Notes under the pieces: generated by a model
What the model was told of the DNA's origin: nothing
What the model saw: the letters and a program-made list of their open reading frames with translations, nothing else
Database searches by the model: none
Part shown: positions 10,939 through 23,800 of the stretch, piece after piece
How the letters are laid out: each line of letters opens with the position of its first letter
How positions within the stretch are numbered: the stretch's first letter is position 1
Position numbers and translations under genes: made by a program
Source: Squalus acanthias
Lineage: Eukaryota
Direction of reading: 5' to 3'
Length of the DNA stretch: 64,000 bases
Assembly: GCA_030390025.1 (NCBI GenBank)
Contig: JASTWF010000034.1
Span: 3,162,001 to 3,226,000, forward strand

Positions 10939-13766
10939 ATCAGAATTCTTTCATCAGAACCTGTTGTCTACTGAATCTTTGTTCACGACCCGTAAATAAG
11001 TCCAAAGTCTAGGAACCAGGGGCGTGGGATCGATTCGAACCGCTCACTGAGTCAGAGGTGACGGCTGAACCCAATACAACACCCTACAATAAAGTTAAAG
11101 TCAATTGTTAATTCTGACATGATACCCTCGGCACCGGGGAATAAAGTAATTGTCAATTGTTAATTTAGGCATGAAACCCTCTACAGCAGGGAGTAAATTT
11201 ACAGTTAATTGTTAATTTGACATGATATCCTCTTCACCGTGGAATAAAGTTTCATTTAATTGTTAATTTGACGTTATATCCTCTACACTGGGGAATAATG
11301 TGAAAGTGAATTTTTAATTTGTCATGATACCCTTTTCACTGGGGAATCCTGTACCAGTCAATTGTTAATTGTTAATTTAGACAGGATTCCCTCAACAACG
11401 GGGGATATAGTTACAGTTAATTGTTAATTTAGACATGATACCCTCTACACCGGGGAATAGATTTACAATTAATTGTTAATTTTGACATGAAACCCTCTAC
11501 ACCGGGGTCTAAAGTTACAGATAATTGTTAATTTCACATGATAACCTCTACACTGGGGAATAAATTTAAAGTTAATTTTTAACTTGTCATGATATCCTCC
11601 ACGCTGAGAATATAAAGCTACAGTTTATTGTTAACTTGACATGATGCCCTCTGCAACAGTAAAAATAGTTACACGTATTATTTAATTTGAAATGATGCCC
11701 TCTACAACAGTGAATAAAGTTACAGTTAATTGTTAATTTAGACATGTTACCTTGTACACAGGGGAATAAATTTACATTTATGTGTTAATTTACATATGTT
11801 TCCCTCCACACTGTAGGAATAAAGTTACAGTTTATTGTAAATTAAGAAAGGTTTCCCACCACACCAGGGAATTAAGTTACTGTCAATTGGTAATTTGACA
11901 TGATACCCTCCACACCAGGGTATAAAGTTACATGTAATTGTTAAATAAGACATCATACACTCTACACTCAGGATATAAGGTTACAGGTAATTGTTAATTT
12001 GACATGATAACCTCTACACCGGGGAATAAAGTTCCAGTTAATGGTTAATTTGATAGGATACCCTCTACACTGGGGAATAAAGTTACAGTTACTTGTTAAT
12101 TTTACATTATGCCCTGAACACCGGGGAATAAAGTTGAAGTTAATTGTTAATCTTTCATGATACCCTCTACACTGGAGAATAAAGTTACAGTAAATTGTTG
12201 AATTTACATGATACCCTCCACACTGTGGAATAAAGTTGCAGTCATTTTTTTAACATGATACTTTCTACACTGGGGAATAAAGATACAGTTAATTTGAAAT
12301 GGTTCCCTCTACACCGGTGAATAAAGTTACAGTTAATTGTTAATTTCGACATGATGCACTCTACACCGGGGAATAAAGTTACAGTTAATGGTTAATTTTG
12401 ACATGATACACTATACACAGGGGAATAAAGTTACACTCAATTGTTAAATTGACATGATACCCTATACACCGTGGAATAAAGTTACAGTTAATTGTTAATT
12501 TCGACATGATATCCTCTACACCGGGGAATAACGTAAATATCAATTGTTAATTTAGGCATGAAACACTCTACACCAAAGAGCAAATTTACAGTTAATAGTT
12601 AATTTGACATGATATCCTCTGCACTGGGGAATAATGTTAAAGTTAATTGTTAATTTGACATGATGCCCTATACACCGGTGAATAAAGTTACAATTAATTG
12701 TTAATTTCGACATGATACACTCTACACTGGGGAATAAAGTTACAGTAAATTGTTAATTTAGACATGATACCTTCTCAACAGGGGAATAAAGTTACACTTA
12801 ATTGTTAAATTAGACATGATACCTTCTCAACAGGGGAATAAAGTTACACCTAATTGTTAATTTAGACATTAGACCTTCTACACTGGTGATCAAAGTTACA
12901 GTTAATTGTTAATTTTACATGATAACCTCTACACCGGAGAATAATTATACAGTTAATTGTTAATTTTAGACATGATATCCTCTACAGCACAGAATAAAGT
13001 CACAGTTAATGTTGAATTTGGCATGATATCCTGTACGCAAGAGAACAATTTTACAGTTAATTTTTAATTGACATAATATCCTCTACACCGGGGAAGAAAG
13101 TTACTGTTAATTGTTAATTTAGACATGATACCCACTACAATGCGGAATAAAGTTACAGTTAATTGTTAATTTTTACATGATGCCCTCTACACCTGGGGAT
13201 AAAGTCACAGTAAATTGTTAATTTGATATGATACTCGATACACCGGGAAATAAAGTTACAGTTAATTGTTAATTTTTCATGATGTCCTCTACACTGTGAA
13301 ATAAAGTTACAGTTAATTGTTAATTTAGACATGATACCCTGTACACCAGAGAATACATTTACTGTTAATTGTTGAATGTACATGATACCCTCTACACTGT
13401 GGAATAAAATTACAGTCAATAATCTCTACACTGGGGATTAATGATACATTTAATTTGAAATGGAACCCTCTACACTGGGATATAAAGTTACAGTTAATTG
13501 TTAATTTGATATGATACCCTCTGCACCGTGGAATATAGTAACAGTTAATTGCTAATTTTGACATAATATCCTTCACACCGGGGAATATAGTTACAGTTAA
13601 TTGCAAATTTTGACATGATGCCCTCTACACCGGGGAAAGAAGTTACAGTTAATTTTTAATTTTGACATGATGCCCTCTACACCGGGAAATAAAGTTACAG
13701 TTAATTGTTAATTTTATATGATGCCCTCAACACCGGGGAATAAAGTTAAAGTTAATTGTTACTCTG

Positions 13767-14205
13767 ACATAGAAACATAGAAACATAGAATCTAGGAACA
13801 GGAGTAGGCCATTCGGCCCGTCGAGCCTGCTCCACCATTCAATACGATCATGGCTGATCATCCAAGTCCAGTACCCTGTCCCTGCTTTAATCCCCACAGT
13901 GCACATATCCCACCCTACCCCCGTAACCCCACGTATTTAATTCCCCCTGACATATCCCATCCTATCCCCATAACCCCACATATTTAATCCCCCCCTAACA
14001 CTAAGGGTCAATTTATCATAGCCAAATCAACCTAACCCGCACATTTTTGGACTGTGGGAGGAAACCGGAGCACCCGGAGAAAACCCACGCAGACACGGGG
14101 AGAATGTGCAAACTCCACACAGACAGTCACCCGAGGTCAGATTCGAACCCGGGTCCCTGGCGCTGTGAAGCAACAGTGCTAACCACTATGCCACCGTGTT
14201 GCCCC
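13767..14205 (-). mobile_element. tRNA-derived V-SINE (HE1-like) with CR1-derived 3' tail
   Basis: Minus strand begins GGGGCAACACGGTGGCATAGTGGTTAGCAC, with A box TGGCATAGTGG (14183-14193) and B box GGTTCGAATC (14140-14149). The V-domain reads TGTGTGGAGTTTGCACATTCTCCCCGTGTCTGCGTGGGTTTTCTCCGGGTGCTCCGGTTTCCTCCCACAGTCCAAA. It ends in (TTCTATGT)-type repeats. The family name is from recall, not a search. Confidence 0.92.
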
Positions 14206-14869
14206 TCTACATGATACCCTCTACACTGGGGAATAAAGTTACATGTTATTGTTAATTTGACATGATATCCTCTACACCGGTGAATAAAGTTACATTTAAT
14301 TGTTTATTTATACATGCCACCCCCTGCACCAGAGAATAAAGTTACAGGTAATTGTTGAATTTACATGATACCCTGTACACCGGGGAATAAAGTAAAATTC
14401 AATTTTTTTAACATGATAATCTCTACACCGAGGAATAAAGATACAGTTAATTTGAAATGATACCCTCTACACCGGGGCATAAAGTTACAGTTTATTGATA
14501 AATTAATATGATGCCCTCGTCACCGGGGAATAAAGATACAGTTAATTGTTAATTTAGACATGATAAACTCGACACCGGGAAATAATGTAACAGTTAATTC
14601 TTAATTTGACATGATGCCCTCTACACCGGAGAATAAAGTTACAGTTAATTGTTAATTTGGCATTATGCCCTCTACACCGGGCAATAAAGTTACAGTTAAT
14701 TGTTAATTTCGGCATGATGCCCTCTACACTGGGGAATAAAATTACAGTTAATCGTTAATTAAGACATGATTCCCAGTATTCCAGGGATTGAAGTTACAGT
14801 TAATTGTTAATTTACACATGATACCTTCTACACTGGGGAATAAAGTTATAGTTAATTGTTAATTTTGAT

Positions 14870-17800
14870 AGAATTCCCTCAAAATCGGGGAATAAAGTTA
14901 CAGTTAATTGTTAATTTAGACATGATTCCTGCTACATCGAGAATAAAGTTACTGTTAATTGTTGATTTGACACGATACCCTCTACATCAGTGAATATAGT
15001 TACCCTTAATATTTATTTTGACATGAAGCCCTCTACAACGGTGAATAAAGTTACAGTTAATTGTTAATTTCGATATGATGCCCTCTACACCGGGGAATAT
15101 ATTTACGGTTAATTGCTCATTTTGACATGATATCCTGTATACCGGGGAATAAAGTTACAGTTAATTGTTAATTTAGACATGATTCCCTGCACACCATAGA
15201 ATAAAGTTAGTCAATTGCTAATTTTGACATGATATCCTCTACACTTTGGAATAATGTTACAGTTAACTGTTAATTTTGCCATGATGCCCGCTACACTGGG
15301 GAATAAATATAAATGTAATCTTTAATTTGTCATGAAAACCTCTACACTGGGAATAAAGTTACAGTTGATTGTTAATTTTACATGATACCTTCTGCACAGG
15401 GGAAGAAAGTTATAGTTAATTGTTAATTTAGACATGATTCCCTGCACACTGGGGAATAAAGTTGCAGTTAATTGTTAATTTAGACATGATTCCCTCCACA
15501 AAATGGAATAAAGTTTCAGTCAATTGCTAATTTTGAAAAGATACCCTCTACACTGTGGAATAATGTTACAGTTAATTGCTAATTTTGAAATGAAGCCCCC
15601 TACACTGGGGACTGAAGTTACAGTTACTTATGAATTTGACATGATACACTCTACACCGGGGAATAAAGTTAGAGTTATTTGTTAATTTGACATGATGCCC
15701 ACTAAACTGGGGAATATATTTAAAGTTATTTGTTAATTTGTCAGGAAAACCTCTAAACTGGGGAATAAAGTTATAGTTGATTGTTAATTTTACAGGAAAC
15801 CCTCTACACTGGGGAACACAGTTACAGTTGATTGTTAATTTTACATGATAACCTCTACACCGGGGAATAAAGTTACATTAAATTGTTAATTTAGATAAGA
15901 TACCCTCTACACCCCGAAATATTGTTTCTGTTAAATGTTAATATGACACGATTCATTTATTTTATATGATGCCCTCAACACAGGCGAATAAAGTTGAAGT
16001 TAATTGTTAATCTGTCATGATACCCTCTGCACTGGGGAATAAAGTTACATTTAATTGTTAATTTCACATGATATCCTCTACACCGGGGAATAAAGTTACA
16101 TTTACTTCTTAATTTATGCATGATACCCTCTGCACCAGAGAATAAAGTTACAGGTAATTGTTGAATTTACATGATACCCTCTACACCGGGGAATGAAGTA
16201 AAAACCAATTGTTAATTTGACTTCATACCCTCTGCACCGGGGAATAAAGTTAAAGTTAATTGTTAATTTCGACAAGCTACACTCTACACCGGGGATTAAA
16301 TTAAAAGTCAATTTTTCATATGACATGGTGCTCTCGGCACAGGGGAATAAAGTAATTGTCAATTGTTAATTTAGACATGAAATCCTCTACAGCAGAGAGT
16401 AAATTTACAGTTAATTGTTAATTTGACATGATATCCTCTGCACTGGGGAATAATGTTAAATTTAATAGTTAATTTGACATGTTGCCTCTACATGGGAGAA
16501 TAAAGTTACAGTTAATTGTTAATTTGACATTATGCACTCTACACCGGGAAATAAAGTTACAGTTAATTGTTAATTTAAACATGATGCCCTCTACACTGGG
16601 GAATAAAGTTACAGTTAATAGTTAATTTAGACATGATGCCTTCTACACAGGGGAATAAATTTACAGGTAATTGTTAATTTAGACATGATGCCCTCTACAC
16701 CGGGGAATAACGTTCCTGTTAATTGTTAATTTAGACAGGATTCCCTCAACACCAGGGAATAAAGTTTCAGTTAATTATTAAATTGACATAATTCCCTTTA
16801 CGCAAGTGAATATAGTTACACTTAATATTTAATTTGAAATGATGCCCTCTACAAATGGTAATAAAGTTACAGTTAATTGTTAATTTAGACATGATGCCTT
16901 CTACACCGGGGAATAAAGTTACAGTTAATTGTTAATTTCGACAAGCTACACTCTACACAAGGGATTAAATTAAAAGTCAATTTTTCATATGACATGATGC
17001 TCTCGGCACAGGGGAATAAAGTAATTGTCAATTGTTAATTTAGACATGAAACCCTCTACAGCAGAGAGTAAATTTACAGTTAATTGTTAATTTTGAAATG
17101 CTGACCTCTACGCCGGGGAATAAAGTTACAGTTAATTGTTAATTTTATATGATGCCCTCTACACCGGGGAATAAAGTTACAGTTGATTGTTAATTTTATA
17201 TGATGCCCTCTACAATGGGGAATAAAGTTACAGTTAATTGTTGAATTGACATGATATCCTCTACACTGTGGAATAAAGTTACAGTTAATTGTAAATCTGT
17301 CATGATACCCTTTACACTGGGTAATAAAGTTACAGTTAATTGGTAATTTGACATGATATCCTCTACACCGGGGAATAAACTTACATTTAATTGTTAATTC
17401 ATACATGATACCCTTTGCACCAGAGATTAAAGTTACAGTTAATTGTTGAATTGACATGATGACCTCTACACTGTGGAATAAATTACAGTTAATTGTTAAT
17501 CTGTTATGATACCCTCTACACTTGGTTATAAATTTGCAGTTAATTGTTAATTTGACATGATATCCTCTACACCAGGGAATAAAGTTACATGTAATTGTTA
17601 ATTTATACATGATACCCTCTGCACCAGATAATAAATTTACAATTAATTGTTGAATTGACATGATACCCTCTACACCGGGGAATAAAGTAACAGTTAATTG
17701 TTAATTTCGACATTATGCACTCTACACCGGGGAATAAAGTAAATGTCAATTGTTTGTTTTGGCGTGAAACCCTCTACAGCAGGGAGTAAATTTACAGTTA

Positions 17801-20800
17801 ATTGTTAATTTGACATGATATCCTATACACTGGGGAATAATGTTAAATTTAATATTTAATTTGTCATGATAAACTCTACACTGGGGAATAAAGTTACAGT
17901 TGATTGTGAATTTGACATGATACCCTTTACAACGTGGAATACTGTACCAGTCAATTATTAATAAGACTTGATAACCTCTACACCGGGGAATAAAATTACA
18001 GTAAATTGTTAATTTAAACATGATGCCCTCTACAACGAGGAGTAAAGTTACAGTTAATTGTTAATTTGACATGATACCCTCTACACCGGGAATAAAGTTA
18101 CCGTTAATTGTTAATTTAGAAATGACTCCCTCTACACCGGGAACTACAGTTACAGTTACTTGTTAATTTGATATGATACACTCTACACCAGGGAATAAAG
18201 TTAGAGTCAATTGTTAATCAGAAATGTTGCCCACTAAACTGGGGAATATATTTAAAGTTAATTTTTAATATATCATGAAAACCCCTACACTGGGGAATAA
18301 AGTTAAAGTTGATTGTTAATTTTACATGATACCCTCTACACTGGGGAACAAAGTTACAGTTGATTGTTAATGTTACATGATAACCTTTACACCGGGGAAT
18401 AAAGTTACATTAAATTGTTAATTTAGATATGATACCCTCTACACCGAGGAATAAGGTTACAGTTAAATGTTAATTTGACATGATGCCCTCTACACCGGGG
18501 AATAAAGTTAAAGTGAATTGTGAATTTTGAAATGATTCCCCCTAAACCGGGGAATAAAGTTACACTTAATTGTTAATTTGACATGATACACTCTACACCG
18601 GGGAATGAAGTTACAGTTAATTGTTAATTTGGCATAATACACTCTACATCTGGGAATGAAGTAACAGTTAATTGTTAATTTGACATGATGCCCTCTACAC
18701 CAGGGAATAAATTTACATTGAATTGTTAATTTAGACATGATTCCCGGTATTCCAGGGAATGAAGTTACAGTTAATTGTTAATTTGACATGATACCCTCTA
18801 CACTGGGAATAAAGTTACAGTTAATTTTTAATTTAGAAATGAATCCCTCTAAACCGGGGAATAAAGTTGCACTTAATTTTTAATTTGACACGATGCCCTC
18901 TACACTGGGGTATAAAGTTTCAGTTAATTGTTAATTTCGACAGGATGCACTCTACATTGGTGAATATAATTACAGTTAATTTTTAATTTAGACATGATAC
19001 CTTCTAAACTGGGGAATAAGTGAAAGTTAATTTTTAATTTGTCATGATAACCTCTACACTGGGGAATAAAGTTATAGTTGTCTGTTAATTTGACATGATT
19101 TCCTCTAAACCGGGGTATAAAGTTACAGTAAATTGTTAATTTAGACATGATACCCTTTACATCCTGTAATAAAGTTAAAATCAGTTTTTAATTTGACATG
19201 ATACTCCCTACATCGGGAAATAAAGTTACAGTAAATTGTTAACTAAGACATGATACCCTCTGCACCGGGGAATAAACTTACAGTTAATTGTTAATTTAGA
19301 CATGAGTCCCTCTACACCAGGGAATAAAGTTACAGTTAATTGTTAATTTAGACAGGTTTCCCACTACACCGGGGAATAAAGTTATAGTTAATTGTTAATT
19401 TCGGCATGATGCCATCTAGACTGGGGAATAAAGTTACAGTTAATTTTTAATTTAGACATGATACCTTCTACACAGTTGAATAAAGTTACAGTTAATTGTT
19501 AATTTAGACATAATTCCTTCTACATAGGGGAATAAAGTTACAGTTAACTGTTAAGTTGTCATGATGCCCTCTACACCAGTGAATATAGTTACACTTAATA
19601 TTTAATTTGAAATGATGCCCTCTACACCGGGGAATAAAGTTACAGTTAATTGTTAATTTAGACAGGATTCCCACTACACCGGGGAATAAAGTTATAGTTA
19701 ATTGTTAATTTCGACATGATGCCATCTAGACTGGGGAATAAAGTTACAGTTAATTGTTAATTTAGACATGATACCTTCTACACAGTTGAATAAAGTTACA
19801 GTTAATTGTTAATTTAGACATAATTCCTTCTACATAGGGGAATAAAGTTACAGTTAACTGTTAAGTTGTCATGATGCCCTCTACACCAGTGAATATAGTT
19901 ACACGTAATATTTAATTTGAAATGATGCCCTCTACACCGGGGAATAAAGTTACAGTTAATTGTTAAATTCGACATGATGCCATCTTGACTGGGGAATAAA
20001 GTTAAAGTTAATTGGTAGTTGAGACATGATTCCCTGCACACCGGGGAATAAAGTTACAGTGAATTGTTAATTCAGAAATAAATCCCTCTAAACCGGGGAA
20101 TAAAGTTACACTTCATTGTTAATTTGACATGACGCCCTCTTCACCGGGGTATACAGTTTCAGTAAATCTTTAATTTCGACAGGAGGCCCTCTACATTGGT
20201 GAATAAAATTACAGTTAATTTTTAATTTAGAGATGATACCTTCTAAACTGGGGAATAAAGTTAAAGTTAATTTTTAATTTGTCAAGATGCCCTCTACACC
20301 ATGGAATATAGTTACTGTTAATTGCTAATATTGACATGATACCCTGTATACCGGGGAATAAAGTTACAGTTAATTGTTAATTTAGACATGATTCCCTGCA
20401 CAACATATAATAAAGTTGCAGTCAATTGCTAATTTTGACATGATATCCTCTACAATTTGGAATAATGTTACAGTTAATTGTTAATTTTGCCATGATGCCC
20501 ACTACACTGGGGAATAAATTTAAATTTAATTATTAATTTGTCATTATAACCTCTACACCGGGGACTAAAGTTACAGTTAATTGTAAATTTAGACATGATA
20601 CCTTCTGTACAGGGGAATAAAGTTACAGTAAATTGCTAATTTAGACAGGATTCCCTGCATACCGGGGAATAAAGTTACAGTTAATTGTTAAATTCGACAT
20701 GATGCCCTCTACACCAGTGAATATAGTGACACTTAATATTTAATTTGAAGTGATGCCCTCGCCAAAGTGGAATAAAGTTACAGTTAATTGTTCATTTGAC

Positions 20801-23800
20801 ATGATGCCATCTTGACTGGGGAATAAAGTTACATTTAATTGTTAATTTAGACAACATTTCTTCTACATCGGGGAATAAAGTTATATTTCATTGTTAAATT
20901 GACATGATGCCCTCTACACCAGTGAATATAGTTACACTTAATAATTAATTTGAAATGATGCCCTCGACGACGGGGAATAAAGTTAAGGTTAATTGTTAAA
21001 TTCGACATGAAGCTATCTTGACTGTGGAATAAAGTGATATAAAATGATTAATTTGGAAGTGATATATTCGACACAGTTGAATAAAGTTACATATAATTGT
21101 TAATTTAGACATGATTCCCTGCTCACCGGGGAATAAAGTTTCAGTCAATTGCTAATTATGACATGATACCCTCTGCACCAGGGAATAATTTTACAGTTAA
21201 TTGTTAATTTTGACATGAAGCCATCTACACCGGGTAATAAAGTACAAGTCAATTTTTAATTTGACATGACCCCTCGGCACCGGGGAATAATTAATTATCA
21301 ATTGTTAATTTAGACAGGATCCCCTCAACACCGGGGAATAAAGTTACAGTTAATTGTTAATTTAGACATGATTCCTGCTACATCGAGGAATAAAGTTACT
21401 GTTAATTGTTGATTTGACACGATACCCTCTACATCAGTGAATATAATTACCCTTAATATTTATTTTGACATGAAGCCCTCTACAACGGTAAATAAAGTTA
21501 CAGTTAATTGTTAATTTCGATATGATGCCCTCTGCACCGGGGAATATATTTACGATTAATTGCTAATTTTGACATGATATCCTGTGTACCGGGGAATAAA
21601 GTTACAGTTAATTGTTAATTTAGACATGATTCCTTGCACACCATAGAATAAAGTTACAGTCAATTGCTAATTTTTACATGATATCCTCTACACTTTGGAA
21701 TAATGTTACAGTTAATTGTTAATTTTGCCATGATTTGCTACACTGGGGAATAAATATAAATTTAATCTTTAATTTGTCATGAAAACCTCTACACTGGGAA
21801 TAAAGTTACAGTTGATTGTTAATTTTACATGATACCTTCTACACAGGGGAAGAAAGTTACAGTTAATTGTTAATTTAGACATGATTCCCTGCACACTGGG
21901 GAATAAAATTGCAGTTAATTGTTAATTCAGACATGATTCCCTCCACAAAATGGAATAAAGTTTCAGTCAATTGCTAATTTTGAAAAGATACCCTCTACAC
22001 TGTGGAATAATGTAACAGTTAATTGCTAATTTTGAAATGAAGCCCCCTACACCGGGGACTAAAGTTACAGTTACTTATGAATTTGACATGATACACTCTA
22101 CACCGGGGAATAAAGTTAGAGTTATTTGTTAATTTGACATGATGCCCACTAAACTGGGGAATATATTTAAAGTTATTTGTTAATTTGTCATGAAAACCTC
22201 TAAACTGGGGAATAAAGTTATAGCTGATTGTTAATTTTACAGGAAACCCTCTACACTGGGGAACACAGTTACAGTTGATTGTTAATTTTACATGATAACC
22301 TCTACACCGGGGAATAAAGTTACATTAAATTGTTAATTTAGATAAGATACCCTCTGCACCCCGAAATATTGTTTCTGTTAAATGTTAATATGACACGATT
22401 CACTAATTTTATATGATGCCCTCAACACCGGCGAATAAAGTTGAAGTTAATTGTTAATCTGTCATGATACCCTCTGCACTGGGGAATAAAGTTACATTTA
22501 ATTGTTAATTTCACATGATATCCTCTACACCGGGGAATAAAGTTACATTTACTTCTTAATTTATGCATGATACCCTCTGCACCAGAGAATAAAGTTACAG
22601 GTAATTGTTGAATTTACATGATACCCTCTACACCGGGGAATGAAGTAAAAGCCAATTGTTAATTTGACTTGATACCCTCTGCACCGGGGAATAAAGTTAA
22701 AGTTAATTGTTAATTTCGACAAGCTACACTCTACAGCGGGGATTAAATTAAAAGTCAATTGTTCATATGACATGATGCTCTCGGCACAGGGGAATAAAGT
22801 AATTGTCAATTGTTAATTTAGACATGAAACCCTCTACAGCAGAGAGTAAATTTACAGTTAATTGTTAATTTGACATGATATCCTCTGCACTGGGGAATAA
22901 TGTTAAATTTAATAGTTAATTTGACATGTTGCCTCTGCATGGGGGAATAAAGTTACAGTTAATTGTTAATTTGACATTATGCACTCTACACCGGGAAATA
23001 AAGTTACAGTTAATTGTTGAATTGACACGATATCCTCTACACTGTGGAATAAAGTTACAGTTAATTGTAAATCTGTCATGATACCCTTTACACTGGGGAA
23101 TAAAATTACAGTTAATTGGTAATTTGACATGATATCCTCTACACCGGGGAATAAACTTACATTTAATTTTTAATTCATACATGATACCCTTTGCACCAGA
23201 GATTAAAGTTACAGTTAATTGTTGAATTGACATGATGACCTCTACACTGTGGAATAAATTACAGTTAATTGTTAATCTGTTATGATACCCTCTACACTTG
23301 GTTATAAATTTGCAGTTAATTGTTAATTTGACATGATATCCTCTACACCAGGGAATAAAGTTACATGTAATTGTTAATTTATACATGATACCCTCTGCAC
23401 CAGATAATAAATATACAATTAATTGTTGAATTGACATGATACCCTCTACACCGGGGAATAAAGTAACAGTTAATTGTTAATTTCGACATTATGCACTCTA
23501 CACCGGGGAATAAAGTAAATGTCAATTGTTTGTTTTGGCATGAAACCCTCTACAGCAGGGAGTAAATTTACAGTTAATTGTTAATTTGACATGATATCCT
23601 ATACACTGGGGAATAATGTTAAATTTAATATTTAATTTGTCATGATAAACTCTACACTGGGGAATAAAGTTACAGTTGATTGTGAATTTGACATGATACC
23701 CTTTACAACGGGGAATACTGTACCAGTCAATTATTAATAAGACTTGATAACCTCTACACCGGGGAATAAAGTTACAGTAAATTGTTAATTTAAACATGAT

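Larger units (their letters stand above)
9823..11088 (+). mobile_element. Solo LTR (1266 bp) of an LTR retrotransposon or endogenous retrovirus
   Basis: Termini TGTCGG...CCTACA (TG..CA, 5/6 inverted match). The 4-bp TSD ATAA lies at 9819-9822 and 11089-11092, and removing the element restores GGGAATAAAGTTAAAG. TATAA at 10473, (CT)n tracts downstream, AATAAA at 10933. No gag/pol sequence. Orientation is inferred from TATA/polyA order. Confidence 0.9.

Noticed and set aside
14130..14205. tRNA gene
   Set aside because: The A and B boxes belong to the SINE head and continue into the V-domain. No matching acceptor stem or terminator is evident.
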